Source: Isosphaeraceae bacterium (lineage in GTDB: Bacteria; Planctomycetota; Planctomycetia; Isosphaerales; Isosphaeraceae). From it: a stretch of 64,000 nt of DNA. The DNA is taken from positions 1 through 64,000 of the forward strand of contig CBDAVP010000008.1 in assembly GCA_965201075.1 (NCBI GenBank), in the 5' to 3' direction. The notes under the pieces are model-generated. The model worked only from the letters and a program-made list of their open reading frames with translations. It did no database searches and was not told where the DNA came from. This document shows positions 17,841-27,675 of this stretch, in pieces. Within the stretch, counting starts at the first letter, position 1. Every line of letters begins with the position of its first letter. Made by a program: the position numbers and the translations under genes.

Positions 17841-19274
17841 TCAATTCCCGTTCGGGATCTTGCCAAGCTTCTGCAAGCATCGGCCGGCCATGTCCCAGAC
17901 GTAGTAGCTGGCTTCGCGGTCCTTACGATTTGCCAGCGGGCTCCCCTTCTGCATGCGGATAACGGCCTGGACCTGATCGTAGCAGGCCTGGTATTCGCCC
18001 TTGGCATAGAGACGGAGGGCCTTCTCCCAGAGGATCGAGAGCGGGCCGGGGTCGGGCTTGACGCCCGCCTTGGCCAGGTATTCCTTGGCCACGTTGATCG
18101 GTACGGCCATGCAGATGGCCCCGGGCTCCTGGCTGGCCGCGCCCACGTTGATCGCGATCACCCGGCCCTGGGTGTCGAGCACGGGCCCTCCGCTGTCGCC
18201 GTGGTTGATCGCCGCCGTCATCTCGAATGCGTCCCACCCGGCCTTCATGCGCTTACTCTGGCTGAACTGACCGCCCCGTGAGCTGACCCGGAAGCGGGCC
18301 TCTGCCTCCATCGCGTCGGCGTTGAAGGCGTTCGCGGGCAACCCCAGGGCTTGCACACGGTCCTGGGGCAGGACGTCCTCGGAGTTTCCCAGGGGTAGGC
18401 AGATCAGGCGGTCGCCCTGGATGTCGCTCAACCACGCTTCGAGCGTGCCAGGGGGCAACTTCCTCTCCCGGCTGATCTTCACGAGTCGCGCCTGCTCCTC
18501 GGGGGCGAATGTGACCTTGAGGACGGCGACGTCCTTGCCGGGCATGGGCTCTCCCAGGGCCAGGACGGTGGCGGGTACGGAAATCTCCTCCGGCTTGAGG
18601 GAGATGGCCTCGATCAACCCTCGCTGACGGAGCAGCGCGGAGGCTTTCGCCTGATTAACTTTGAAGTCGAGGACGACCCGAATCGAACGGCTCCTCGACG
18701 CGACGACCTCGACCCGAGGGGCGTACCAGCGGAAGAGGCCCGCCATGATCGTTCGGACGTCACCATCCCCCAGCCCTGCCACACCCAGGGCCCGTTCAAA
18801 GGTTTGGCAATCCTCCACGATCGATGGCTGGATCAGGGACCAGTTATCCGGTGAGTGCCGCTCCACCGCGAGGGTCACAACGTGCGCGTTGGTCAGAAGG
18901 ATCCCCTCTCGGCTGATGGCGAAGGCGCTTCCCTTCTGGGCCACGGCTCCCGAAATGGTGCTCCGGACTCGCTCCTCGGACGCGCGGAGATATTTATCCG
19001 GGTTGTTCCCCAGAAGGATCCATGCGCGGTCGGCGTCGGTCAGCGCCGCGCCCTCGGCACCCTTGACCGTGCCGAGGTCCTCCCGGATCGCCCGAAGGTC
19101 CAGCGTGGCCGACTTGGGATATTCCGCCTCGACGTCGGCTTCGACGGCCACGACGAAAACGGCCGGTTGGCCCCTCAGCGTGACCATCCCCTCGGGGAAC
19201 GGCTCCTCCGCCCCCTCCGCGAAATTCCTCACGCAAGCGAGCAGCGCCATCCCGAGACAGTACCAGGGCTTCAT
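17841..19274 (-). CDS. Secreted trypsin-like (S1) serine protease
   Basis: Signal peptide; LLTNAHVV (His), KDVAVLK (Asp), INHGDSGGP (Ser); TPR-like C-terminal helices. Confidence 0.85.
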   Translation of the reverse strand: MKPWYCLGMALLACVRNFAEGAEEPFPEGMVTLRGQPAVFVVAVEADVEAEYPKSATLDLRAIREDLGTVKGAEGAALTDADRAWILLGNNPDKYLRASEERVRSTISGAVAQKGSAFAISREGILLTNAHVVTLAVERHSPDNWSLIQPSIVEDCQTFERALGVAGLGDGDVRTIMAGLFRWYAPRVEVVASRSRSIRVVLDFKVNQAKASALLRQRGLIEAISLKPEEISVPATVLALGEPMPGKDVAVLKVTFAPEEQARLVKISRERKLPPGTLEAWLSDIQGDRLICLPLGNSEDVLPQDRVQALGLPANAFNADAMEAEARFRVSSRGGQFSQSKRMKAGWDAFEMTAAINHGDSGGPVLDTQGRVIAINVGAASQEPGAICMAVPINVAKEYLAKAGVKPDPGPLSILWEKALRLYAKGEYQACYDQVQAVIRMQKGSPLANRKDREASYYVWDMAGRCLQKLGKIPNGN

Positions 19275-19862
19275 CGGTGGAATTCCCTTTGAGGTCAGCC
19301 CAGCGGACGCACCGACGGGACAATTTCGCTCACAGCCGAACTCTTGAGAAAATGAGATGAAAACCGGTTATCGAATACAAGGGCGTTGCACGTTTCCATC
19401 GCCGCTTCCGAGCGGGTAAACGATCGAGCCAACCAACGGAGGGGTGCGAATTGTCAGGCCATCAACCCGACACGCGATCGGGCTCGCCGACACGACGAAG
19501 GCGAGCCAACCTGCTCAAAAGGTCTCTGTTTGCGCCGCCGCCGCGGGCCGGGCGAGCAAATTTCTCGCGCGTCTAACCCGTCACATCGTTCTTTTCTTTT
19601 GCGGGCGACAGGTCCGACGTTCCGCCCACGCAAGCGCAATGAACGCAACGACGACATCGAAGGCGGGACCACTGCCACCCGTGGCCGTGACACCCTCAAA
19701 ACGCCCGTGGTGGGCATGGTGGAAGGCAGGTTCAAGCCCAAAGTCATGGGAGTCACGCGGGAGGGATCGTTTGTCAGAATCGCGCTCGGCGTCGGCGCCC
19801 CCAATGCTCGGCACCATCAGCCGAGTCCCGTTCGCCAACGCGATCAGATCTCAAGAACCGAT

Positions 19863-20240
19863 GCTCTCGGTTTCCGCATCGCTTCGGCGCGTGGATCGGG
19901 GGGCGAACGCGACGAACTTGGTTCGCCTGATGGCCCGGCGAGCCGCATCAAATCCGCCCCCAGTTGGGTCGGGGGAGTGCCGCAAATTCCCGGAGTAAAG
20001 AGGGCCGGCGACGAGAATCCCCACGTCGGGGCCGCGGGCCGCGCTCAATTCTAAGACTCCCTCGCTTCCGCCAGTTGATCCACCGGAATGTAAGACCCGA
20101 GGTCGAGCGTAGAATACTCCGCGACGGAAATCAGGCCACAAGATCCATCAGAATAGGCCACCGCATGGGCTGGCGGTGATCGTCGATCGAGGCGAGGCAC
20201 ATAGGTGAAAGGTCGATCGCACACGGCGAGGATCGTCCGG
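19863..20240. repeat. Diverged direct repeat, copy B
   Basis: Aligns with 17043-17435. Confidence 0.85.
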
Positions 20241-20536
20241 GGGCTTCGATACCGAGCCTCAATCGGGGCGGTTGTCACCAGGATGCGGCCCTTCGACATG
20301 GAAAACTCGCCATGGTCGGCCGGGTCGGAGCGTTCCGCAGTGGTCGCCCCGACCAGGGAAAAGAGGTGGTCGGGTCGGGCCTCCGCGTTTTTCAGCAGGC
20401 GCGATCCGCAACACCCCACCAAGAAGAGGGCTTCGGTGTTGCCGCTACAATTCGTATGCGGAGCCGCTGGAAGCAGAAATCCGACGACGCTAACTCCAAG
20501 CGTCAGAATCCAGAGGAATCGAAGCAACCACCGCAT
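20051..20536 (-). CDS. Hypothetical exported/membrane protein
   Basis: N-terminal hydrophobic segment; a decayed paralog at 17.3 kb supports the reading frame. Confidence 0.6.
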   Translation of the reverse strand: MRWLLRFLWILTLGVSVVGFLLPAAPHTNCSGNTEALFLVGCCGSRLLKNAEARPDHLFSLVGATTAERSDPADHGEFSMSKGRILVTTAPIEARYRSPRTILAVCDRPFTYVPRLDRRSPPAHAVAYSDGSCGLISVAEYSTLDLGSYIPVDQLAEARES

Positions 20537-20550
20537 CCGCGTTCCTGGAA

Positions 20551-21360
20551 TCAATTCCGCTCAGCCGAGGCGACCGGCCCGGCGATCAATCCAGAGTCAA
20601 GATCGAAGGTCATGCCAGCCCTGAGGGTCTGAGTGGCGAACTGCCGGGCCGTTTCCTCGACCTTGGCGTCCTTGCGGGCGTCGATGACGACCACCTCGCT
20701 GGCCCCGATGACCTCGAACTGCCGTCCGGTGACCACGACGGCCGTCGCCTCGTCGATCCCGATGCCGACGAGGTCCGGGTGAGACAGCACGACGCCTTTT
20801 AATCGGTCAAATCGCTTGCGACGGAGAAAATGCTGGTCGACGATGACCTCGGGCCAAAGCCCTAATCCTTCGGAAAGGCGAACGGTATCGGCCTTGCCGC
20901 CACTCCAGCCGGCAATCATGACGCGCGACATGGCAGCGGCTCCAGCGCTGGTGCCACCGACGATGGCCCCGTCGTGGAAGCGGGCGCGGATCGCCTCGGG
21001 CAATCCGGTGTCGGCCAGGGCTTCCATGAGGAGAGTCTGACTTCCTCCCCGCACCCAGATCAAGTCGGCCGACTCGATGGCGCCGAGGGCGATCCGCGGT
21101 TGCTTGGGGTCGAGTATGACGACCTCCCTGGCCCCGACCTCTTGCCAGCGAGCAGCGACTTTCTGGCCGCCTTCGGGGTCGCGTGAGGCCTGGGGGACCA
21201 CGACGACCTTGGCCTTGGGCCCGCCGGCCATGTCGAGGATGCGGGCGTAAACCTCGGGCGGGGTGGCCCCGCCTCCCACAATGACCAGGTGGCCCCGGGG
21301 CGGCCCTTCGGGTTGCGCGGGCAGCGCCGTCATCGCGATCAAAATCGTCCAGAATGTCAT
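20551..21360 (-). CDS. Cyanophycinase-like peptidase S51, probably exported
   Basis: LVIVGGG, GGTSAGAAAMS, VDQHFLRRKRFDRL, GIGIDEATA; signal-peptide-like N-terminus. Confidence 0.85.
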   Translation of the reverse strand: MTFWTILIAMTALPAQPEGPPRGHLVIVGGGATPPEVYARILDMAGGPKAKVVVVPQASRDPEGGQKVAARWQEVGAREVVILDPKQPRIALGAIESADLIWVRGGSQTLLMEALADTGLPEAIRARFHDGAIVGGTSAGAAAMSRVMIAGWSGGKADTVRLSEGLGLWPEVIVDQHFLRRKRFDRLKGVVLSHPDLVGIGIDEATAVVVTGRQFEVIGASEVVVIDARKDAKVEETARQFATQTLRAGMTFDLDSGLIAGPVASAERN

Positions 21361-21431
21361 TGGAGATTTCCGGGTCGCGTGCCGAGGTTGGGCGGCCTCA
21401 TGCCCCCATTGGGCGATCAGCCTCAGCTATC

Positions 21432-22883
21432 TTAGCATTGCCCGTGCCGAACCCGGTTCGAGCGGTCCGCGAAGACCCCGTAGGAGGGGTCTCCCAGGCC
21501 GGGCAAGGCACTGTCGGCGTCGCCGAACGATGCGACTGGCTGGCCGAGGCCCTGGAGCATCCCCAGATGCAGCGAACTCAGCGGCGTGTCGGGGCGGTAG
21601 TGGAGGTGACGACCGGGGGCCAGGGAGCCGCCGCCCCGTCCGCCCAGTAAGGTGGGGATGTCGTGGGGGTCGTGAGCGTTGCCGTCTCTCAGGGCCGAGC
21701 CGAAGAGGACCATCGAGTGGTCGAGCAATGTCCCGTCCCCCTCGGGGATCGCCTTCATCCGTCCCAATGCGTAGGCGAATTGCTCGACATGCCAGCGGGC
21801 GATGAGCTCGTACTGCTTGAGTTTCTCGGGATCGTTGGAGTGGTGCGACAACTCGTGGTGGGCGCCCTTGACCCCGTCAAGGAACGAGAAATTCTTGTTG
21901 CTGACGGAGTTACCGAACATGAACGAGGCGACCCGGGTGGTGTCGGCCTGGAAGCCCAGAATCATCAGGTCGAGCATGATCCGGGCGTGTTCGGTGTGGT
22001 CGAAGTCACGCTCGAAGACCCGGCCGGGGTCTCCTTTGTGGAGGTCAATACGTCCCTTGAGAGCGGCGATCGCCTGGCGGGCCGCGGGGTCGTCCTGGTA
22101 GCGGACGCCTCGGTGGGCGGCCTCGAAGACAATGCGACGCTCGACCGAGCGGACCGACTCCAGGTAGTCATCAAGTTTGCGGCGGTCGTCGCGGCCGACC
22201 CGTCCCCTCAACGACCGGGCGTCCTCGCGGACCAGGTCGAGGATACTGGCGTCGTCGGCATCGGAGCCGCCCGAGCCGTTGCCGTCGCGGAAGAGGCGGT
22301 CGAACGCCTGTCGGGGGTTCAACTCCCGGGCGACCGGCGTCGTCGGAGTCGCCCAGGAGATGTGGCCGCCATAGAGCCGGGTGAACCCGACGTTGACGTC
22401 GACGCCCGTGGAGATCGGCTCGACCCCGAGTTCCAGGGAGGGCAGTCGCGTCAGGTTGCCGACACCCCGGGCCACCAACTGGTCCAGCGAGACCCCGCCG
22501 CTGTCCAGTTCCGAGCCAGTAGTGCGGCGGATGGTGGTGCCGGTCAGCCAGGCGGCGTCCTTGGTGTAGTGGCCATCGCCGGTGCAGGTGGCGCGATGCG
22601 TCAAACCCGAAAGGACCAGCACCTCGTCCTTGACGGCCGCCAGCGGTTGGAGAGTCGGCGAAAGCTCATACCCGGCGCCGACTTCCTTCGGGGTCCAGGT
22701 ATGGGGGTTGACGCCGTTGGGGAAGAACAGGCAGGCCAAACGGACCGGAGCGACACCTTCCCCAGCCGCTGGGCCGGCGAGCAGGCGCGCGGAGGGCCGC
22801 ATCGCGTCGAGCAATGGCAGGCTAAGGGTCACGCCGAGCCCTCGGAGGGCCACCCTCCGGGAAATCGTGGTCGAGCGGCTCAT
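21432..22883 (-). CDS. DUF1552-domain protein
   Basis: SRRVALRG..LPLLDAM N-terminus, FFPNG, HHELSHH, GTLLDHS, HDPHDIP. Confidence 0.85.
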   Translation of the reverse strand: MSRSTTISRRVALRGLGVTLSLPLLDAMRPSARLLAGPAAGEGVAPVRLACLFFPNGVNPHTWTPKEVGAGYELSPTLQPLAAVKDEVLVLSGLTHRATCTGDGHYTKDAAWLTGTTIRRTTGSELDSGGVSLDQLVARGVGNLTRLPSLELGVEPISTGVDVNVGFTRLYGGHISWATPTTPVARELNPRQAFDRLFRDGNGSGGSDADDASILDLVREDARSLRGRVGRDDRRKLDDYLESVRSVERRIVFEAAHRGVRYQDDPAARQAIAALKGRIDLHKGDPGRVFERDFDHTEHARIMLDLMILGFQADTTRVASFMFGNSVSNKNFSFLDGVKGAHHELSHHSNDPEKLKQYELIARWHVEQFAYALGRMKAIPEGDGTLLDHSMVLFGSALRDGNAHDPHDIPTLLGGRGGGSLAPGRHLHYRPDTPLSSLHLGMLQGLGQPVASFGDADSALPGLGDPSYGVFADRSNRVRHGQC

Positions 22884-24745
22884 CGTGTGGTTTTCCCGGG
22901 TTCAGGCTCGGCGTTTCGGCGGTACTGGAAAGGATAGCTACGGACGACCTCGGAGATCAGGGCCGGGGCGCGGTTTTGCGAGGCTCCGAGGTTGGCGACG
23001 ATGGTTTTCAACGTCGACGAGTCATAAGGTTCCAGACCCCGGTGCAAGGCGTAGGCCAACAACCGCCCAACCAAATTGCGGAGGAACTGATCCTTCCGGG
23101 TCGTCACCAGGAGTTTCTTTAACTCGCCCGGGCCGTTGAAGGTCGCGCCGTTGGGCAAGGTTCCCGAGGCATCGACCTGTTGGTCGGCGATGGTGGATCG
23201 CCAGCGGCCCACCGGGTCGAAGTTCTCCAGGCCGAAGCCCAGGGGGTCCATCTTCGAGTGGCAAGAGGCGCAGGCGGCCTCGGAACGGTGCTGTTCCAAC
23301 TGCTTGCGGAAGGTGAGGCCGTCCTTGGGTTTATCGCTGGCCGGGAGGGACTTGATCATGGGCGGCGGCGGGGGCGGAGGGGTGCCCAGCAATTCCTCGA
23401 GAACCCACTTGCCCCGCAAAACCGGGCTGGTCCGCAAGGGATAAGACGTGGAGATCAGCACGGCCCCCATTCCCAAAACGCCGCCCCGGTTGTGGTCGGG
23501 CAAAGGGACGCGACGGAAGTTCGGTCCCGAGACGTCCGGCAGGCCGTAGAGCCGGGCCAGGGGCTCGTTAACCACGGCGTAATCGGCGTCCAACAGGTCG
23601 GTCACCGGGGCGTCGGCCGCCAGCAGGTGCTGAAAGAAGGCCAGTGGCTCCTCGATCAGGGCCGCGCGGACCTCAGAGGTGAACTCGGGGAAGCGATGGT
23701 GGTCGGGCTCGGCGCCGGAGAGTCCGGCGGTCCGCAACCACTGGGCGACGAACCCTTCGGCCAAAGCCCGGGAGCGGGGGTCGGCCAGCATCCGCTGGAC
23801 CTGGCGGTCAAGTTCGGCTGGCTCTCGCAGGGCCGAGCGGTTGGCCAGGTCGAGCAAAACCTCATCGGGCGGGGCGGACCAGAGAAAATAGGAAAGACGT
23901 GAGGCCAATTCGTAGTCATCGACCCGATACGGCCCCTCGACGTCCCGGGCCCGTTCGGCGAGGAAGAGGAACCTGGGAGAGACGAGGACCGCTCGCAAGG
24001 CCGGCCTCAGGGCGCGGTCGAACGGCTCGCCGCGACCGGCGGCCTTGCGGTAGAGGGTGAGCAACGGTTCGAGGTCGGCCGCGTCGGCGGGACGTCGGAA
24101 GGCCCGGGAGGCGAAGGCGTTCAGGCAGCGGCGGGCGGCTTCCTCGTTGGAGAGGTCCGGGCCGGGCTGAGCGATCTTCCAGCGGGCGGGGTCGGCCCGG
24201 TCAAGGGCCTCGGTGGCGGCGGTCAGGTAGTGTTCCATCAGCAGCGGCGAGACGAACAGGGTCGCGCCATTGTTGTCAAAGCCCGAGCCGCCACCGCCGT
24301 CGGGGGGGAAGGCGTCGGCCGGGTGGGTGTCGACGCCCAGCAGGTCGCGGATCGAGTTGTTGTACTGGCTCCGGGTCAATCGCTGGATGGGCCCGGGGCC
24401 GGGGTCGCTCGGGCGTTCGACCGAGTCCAGGGCGAGGCGAAGCACCTGCACGGCCCGGGAGCGCTGGACTTCCTCGGGCGAGGGTTTCCCCTCGGGAGGC
24501 ATCGAACGATCTTCCAGGGCGTCGGCAACCTTGCCCCAAAGCTCGGGCGCCTCGTTCAAGGTCTGAGTCGGGTCTCGCTGGACGGCTCCAAGGTCAATTC
24601 CTCCCTTGGGCATCTTGCCGCCGTGGCAACCCAGGCAGGTCGACGCCACCAAGGGGCGGACGTCGCTCTCAAAACTCGGCCCCTCGGCCAGGACGGGAAC
24701 GGCCGTAACCGCCATCGCCAGCCCGAGGGCCGCGACCCTCCGCAT
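22880..24745 (-). CDS. Planctomycete cytochrome c / DUF1592-DUF1588-type multidomain protein
   Basis: Signal peptide, CLGCH and CASCH heme motifs, RLTRSQYNNSIRDLLG, LASRLSYFLW, RTSPVLRGKW, DPLGFGLENFD. Confidence 0.85.
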   Translation of the reverse strand: MRRVAALGLAMAVTAVPVLAEGPSFESDVRPLVASTCLGCHGGKMPKGGIDLGAVQRDPTQTLNEAPELWGKVADALEDRSMPPEGKPSPEEVQRSRAVQVLRLALDSVERPSDPGPGPIQRLTRSQYNNSIRDLLGVDTHPADAFPPDGGGGSGFDNNGATLFVSPLLMEHYLTAATEALDRADPARWKIAQPGPDLSNEEAARRCLNAFASRAFRRPADAADLEPLLTLYRKAAGRGEPFDRALRPALRAVLVSPRFLFLAERARDVEGPYRVDDYELASRLSYFLWSAPPDEVLLDLANRSALREPAELDRQVQRMLADPRSRALAEGFVAQWLRTAGLSGAEPDHHRFPEFTSEVRAALIEEPLAFFQHLLAADAPVTDLLDADYAVVNEPLARLYGLPDVSGPNFRRVPLPDHNRGGVLGMGAVLISTSYPLRTSPVLRGKWVLEELLGTPPPPPPPMIKSLPASDKPKDGLTFRKQLEQHRSEAACASCHSKMDPLGFGLENFDPVGRWRSTIADQQVDASGTLPNGATFNGPGELKKLLVTTRKDQFLRNLVGRLLAYALHRGLEPYDSSTLKTIVANLGASQNRAPALISEVVRSYPFQYRRNAEPEPGKTTR

Positions 24746-25036
24746 TCCATGGCCTCCATCGCCGCGCTGCATCCCAAAGTCTCCAACGCGACGATATGCC
24801 GGATTGCTTGGTCTCCTCTCAATTGTCGGTCGTGACCCCAAAAACTTCAACGCGGATGCCCGAGGACAGTTGAGGAGACCGCCTTGCAAGCCTCCGTGAG
24901 CGAGCAGGTCAACCCAGTCCCACGCCATCTCGAACGATCAAGCGGATCGGCCAGCCTCCGTGGACTCAATGGCCGAGCCGCTCAGAGTCGCCCAGACTTC
25001 CGGAATCGACCAAGGCGGGGGGTTGATCTTTAGCCC

Positions 25037-25596
25037 TACTACAGTTGTCGATATTGAGAATGACCCCTTTTTTCCTTTCGAGTCCCTTTAGTCCTCTTCG
25101 GCCTCCGCTTCGAGAGAGCCGGCGGGCGGCGACGGCGGGGGCGTCGCGGGCACCGAACCCGTCGACTTCCGCCAGAACGCGCAACCTTGAACCTCCCCAA
25201 ACACGTTGGGGGAGGCACGGTGTTCAACGTAGTTGATCAGGTGGGGGAATTTGTACAACGCCTTGGACAGGTGTGCATGGACCTTGCGGAAGGGTTGGTC
25301 CAACTTGTAGTACTCGAGTGCGTCGACGAAAAGTCCCTGCTGCCTCCACATGAGCCGGCGGATCAATTCGTGGCTGCTAAAGGCGGAGTTCATCTCGGCG
25401 ATGGCATCCGGCACGTGGGCGAGGAGAGCTGCGTAGTTGTGAGGCATCGGTTGTAGGCTCCCCGCGATCGGCTTGGGCGTCCATGGGCATGGCCGCTCAT
25501 TCTACCCGTGATGGCCCCGATCACCCACGGGCAAGGCCCGAGACGCGGAAGAGGGTCGCGGGAAAGGGGTCACTCTGAATATCGACAATTGTCGTA
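25037..25596. repeat. 34 bp inverted repeats (25037-25070 and 25563-25596) enclosing an orphan ORF
   Basis: TACTACAGTTGTCGATATTGAGAATGACCCCTTT versus reverse complement TACGACAATTGTCGATATTCAGAGTGACCCCTTT, 30/34 identical. Confidence 0.8.
25088..25447 (-). CDS. Hypothetical protein (119 aa)
   Basis: ATG preceded by GGGGAG; protein-like composition; no family recognised. Confidence 0.6.
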   Translation of the reverse strand: MPHNYAALLAHVPDAIAEMNSAFSSHELIRRLMWRQQGLFVDALEYYKLDQPFRKVHAHLSKALYKFPHLINYVEHRASPNVFGEVQGCAFWRKSTGSVPATPPPSPPAGSLEAEAEED

Positions 25597-25836
25597 CACG
25601 TACTTTGCTTCGCCGCGAAAAATGGTAGCCACCAGCCTCCGGATCGCACAAAACTTGATTGCCTCTTTCCCACCCCACAATCTGCGATTCCCTTTGCTTC
25701 GACGCAGCCAACCATTACACAGGATCTCCGAACCAACTCCTTCATCCTAAGATCGTCAGCTTTCGCCCACGAAACGACATTGCGGATGCCTACGGCCCCG
25801 CCCGGTACAATCGGTCTGGTTTACGACCGCGAACTC

Positions 25837-25865
25837 TTGACAATCTACCTAGCAGTAGATAGATT
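25837..25865 (+). promoter_or_regulatory. Sigma70-type promoter with overlapping palindromic operator
   Basis: TTGACA (25837-25842), 17 bp spacer, TAGATT (25860-25865); ATCTAC-N6-GTAGAT palindrome at 25843-25860; ATG at 25870. Confidence 0.7.
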
Positions 25866-25869
25866 TCCC

Positions 25870-26457
25870 ATGACGACGAACTCCACCCGAGGCGCAGTGC
25901 TTGATGTGGCCGAGGAACTGGTGCAGACGCGGGGCTTCCACTCGTTCAGCTTCCGGGACCTGGCCGAGCGGGTGCGGATCAAGTCGTCGAGCGTTCATTA
26001 CTACTTCGCCACCAAGGGGGAGTTGTGCCAGGCCCTGATCGCCCGCCAGCGCGAGCAGTTGGAGGCGGCCCTTGCGTCCTTTGATGATCAAGGCTTGGAC
26101 CCTCCTGGACGTCTGGAGCAGTATGCCTCGGTGTATCAGGGAACCTTGGAAACCGGCAACCGGATGTGCCTATTCGGGATGCTTGCCTCGGACTTCGGGA
26201 CTCTGGGAGAGGCGATCGCGGGGGATCTCCGCCAGTCCTTCGACCTCCAGGTGCGCTGGCTCTCGGGAGTCCTGGCCGAGGGGCTCGGAGACGGCTCCCT
26301 TTGGTTCGAGGGGTCCGTCGAGGGCGAAGCCCAGCTGCTGCTGACGTCCCTGGAGGGGGCGATGCTTGTGGCCCGGGTTTACGAGGACCCTTCGCGATTC
26401 GAGGCGGCCTCCCGGTTGATTCTTGACAGGGTCCGCCCCACTCCCCGACCCATCTGA
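25870..26457 (+). CDS. TetR/AcrR-family regulator (NemR-like)
   Basis: RGFHSFSFRDLAERVRIKSSSVHYYFATK HTH; MCLFGML; LEGAMLVAR. Confidence 0.85.
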   Translation: MTTNSTRGAVLDVAEELVQTRGFHSFSFRDLAERVRIKSSSVHYYFATKGELCQALIARQREQLEAALASFDDQGLDPPGRLEQYASVYQGTLETGNRMCLFGMLASDFGTLGEAIAGDLRQSFDLQVRWLSGVLAEGLGDGSLWFEGSVEGEAQLLLTSLEGAMLVARVYEDPSRFEAASRLILDRVRPTPRPI

Positions 26458-26614
26458 ACGCCATCCCGTCGGTGCCGCAAAGGTTTTAAGGCGCCACTCT
26501 TTGAGGGTGGTGACCCTTGGAAGTCCACGCGACGGCTGAGGACGGTACCCGGCTCCCGGCCGGATGGCTCAATCGCGATGCGATGTGTCCCTTTCCCCTT
26601 TCGGAGCAAGCCTC

Positions 26615-26884
26615 ATGACTTCCCCGTGGATCTCGAAAGTCGGCCTCGTCCTGGCCGCGGGCTGCCTGACTCTGGGCAACCCCGGTTGCAGCCCCAGCGA
26701 GCCCGAACCGGCCGTAACTCCTGCCCCCAAGATGGAACCCGGAAAGATGGAACCCGGAAAGATGGAACCCGGAAAGATGGAAGACAACAAGATGGAACCC
26801 GGAAAGATGGAAGACAGCAAGATGGAGTCGGACAAGATGGAAGACGGCAAGATGGAATCGGGCAAGATGGAAAAGACTCCGTGA
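26615..26884 (+). CDS. Small exported (lipo)protein with Met-rich KMExx pentapeptide repeats (MXKDX-like)
   Basis: GGAG RBS; signal peptide with Cys; ten KMExx units. Confidence 0.8.
   Translation: MTSPWISKVGLVLAAGCLTLGNPGCSPSEPEPAVTPAPKMEPGKMEPGKMEPGKMEDNKMEPGKMEDSKMESDKMEDGKMESGKMEKTP
26729..26878 (+). repeat. Ten tandem 15 bp coding repeats (AAGATGGAR-N6)
   Basis: Read directly: KMEPG x3, KMEDN, KMEPG, KMEDS, KMESD, KMEDG, KMESG, KMEKT. Confidence 0.95.
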
Positions 26885-26979
26885 TTTTGACGACCCACTG
26901 ATCCTTCTTTCTCCTGGTCCTGGCGGCTCGCACGACCGAGGGTGGGCGGGCCGTCGGGCTCGGCTGGGAGGCTTGCCCC

Positions 26980-27675
26980 GTGGCGCGTTTGGAACGGAAA
27001 CATGCCTTGCCGACGAGGGTTTTTCACTGGGTCAACGGCCCGGTCCTCGCCGTCATGATCTATAGCGGATTGCTGATCTACTGGGCCAACGATGTGTACC
27101 GCTTGCGGGTGGGACGGATCACGTTGTTCCACTTCTTCCCGGAAGGGTTCTACCGGGTGCTGGGGCTGGGGCATCGGCTGGCCGAGGGGATGGCCTGGCA
27201 CTTCGCGTTCATGTGGATTTTTGCCATCAACGGGATGCTGTATGTCATCTTTACGGCCCTCAGTGGCGAGTGGCGTTACCTGCTGCCCAACAAGGACACC
27301 CCGGCCGAGGCGTTGCAGGTCGTGCTGCACGACATGGGGATCCGCAAGGCCCCCCTGCCCCGCCGCAAGTTCAACGGAGCCCAGCGACTGGCTTACACAG
27401 GCGTCGTATCAATGGGAGCCGGGTCGCTGCTGACGGGCCTGGCGATCTACAAGCCGGTGCAACTCGCGTGGCTGACGATGCTGATGGGTGGGTACGAGTG
27501 GGCCCGCTTCTGGCACTTCGCCTTGACCCTCGGCTACGTGGGATTTTTCGTCATCCATATTACGCAGGTGATTCGGGCGGGTTGGAACAACTTCCGAGCG
27601 ATGGTCATCGGCGTGGAACTGGCACGCGACGAGGAGCCGAGTTATGAATCCGCCGGAACGAGCCGACGGGACTGA
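26980..27675 (+). CDS. Di-heme cytochrome b subunit
   Basis: RVFHW, WHF, KFNGAQRLAY, RFWHF, VIHI heme-ligand His pattern. Confidence 0.85.
   Translation: MARLERKHALPTRVFHWVNGPVLAVMIYSGLLIYWANDVYRLRVGRITLFHFFPEGFYRVLGLGHRLAEGMAWHFAFMWIFAINGMLYVIFTALSGEWRYLLPNKDTPAEALQVVLHDMGIRKAPLPRRKFNGAQRLAYTGVVSMGAGSLLTGLAIYKPVQLAWLTMLMGGYEWARFWHFALTLGYVGFFVIHITQVIRAGWNNFRAMVIGVELARDEEPSYESAGTSRRD

Noticed and set aside
26729..26878. CRISPR-like array
   Set aside because: The 15 bp period has no spacers and is in frame within a coding sequence.
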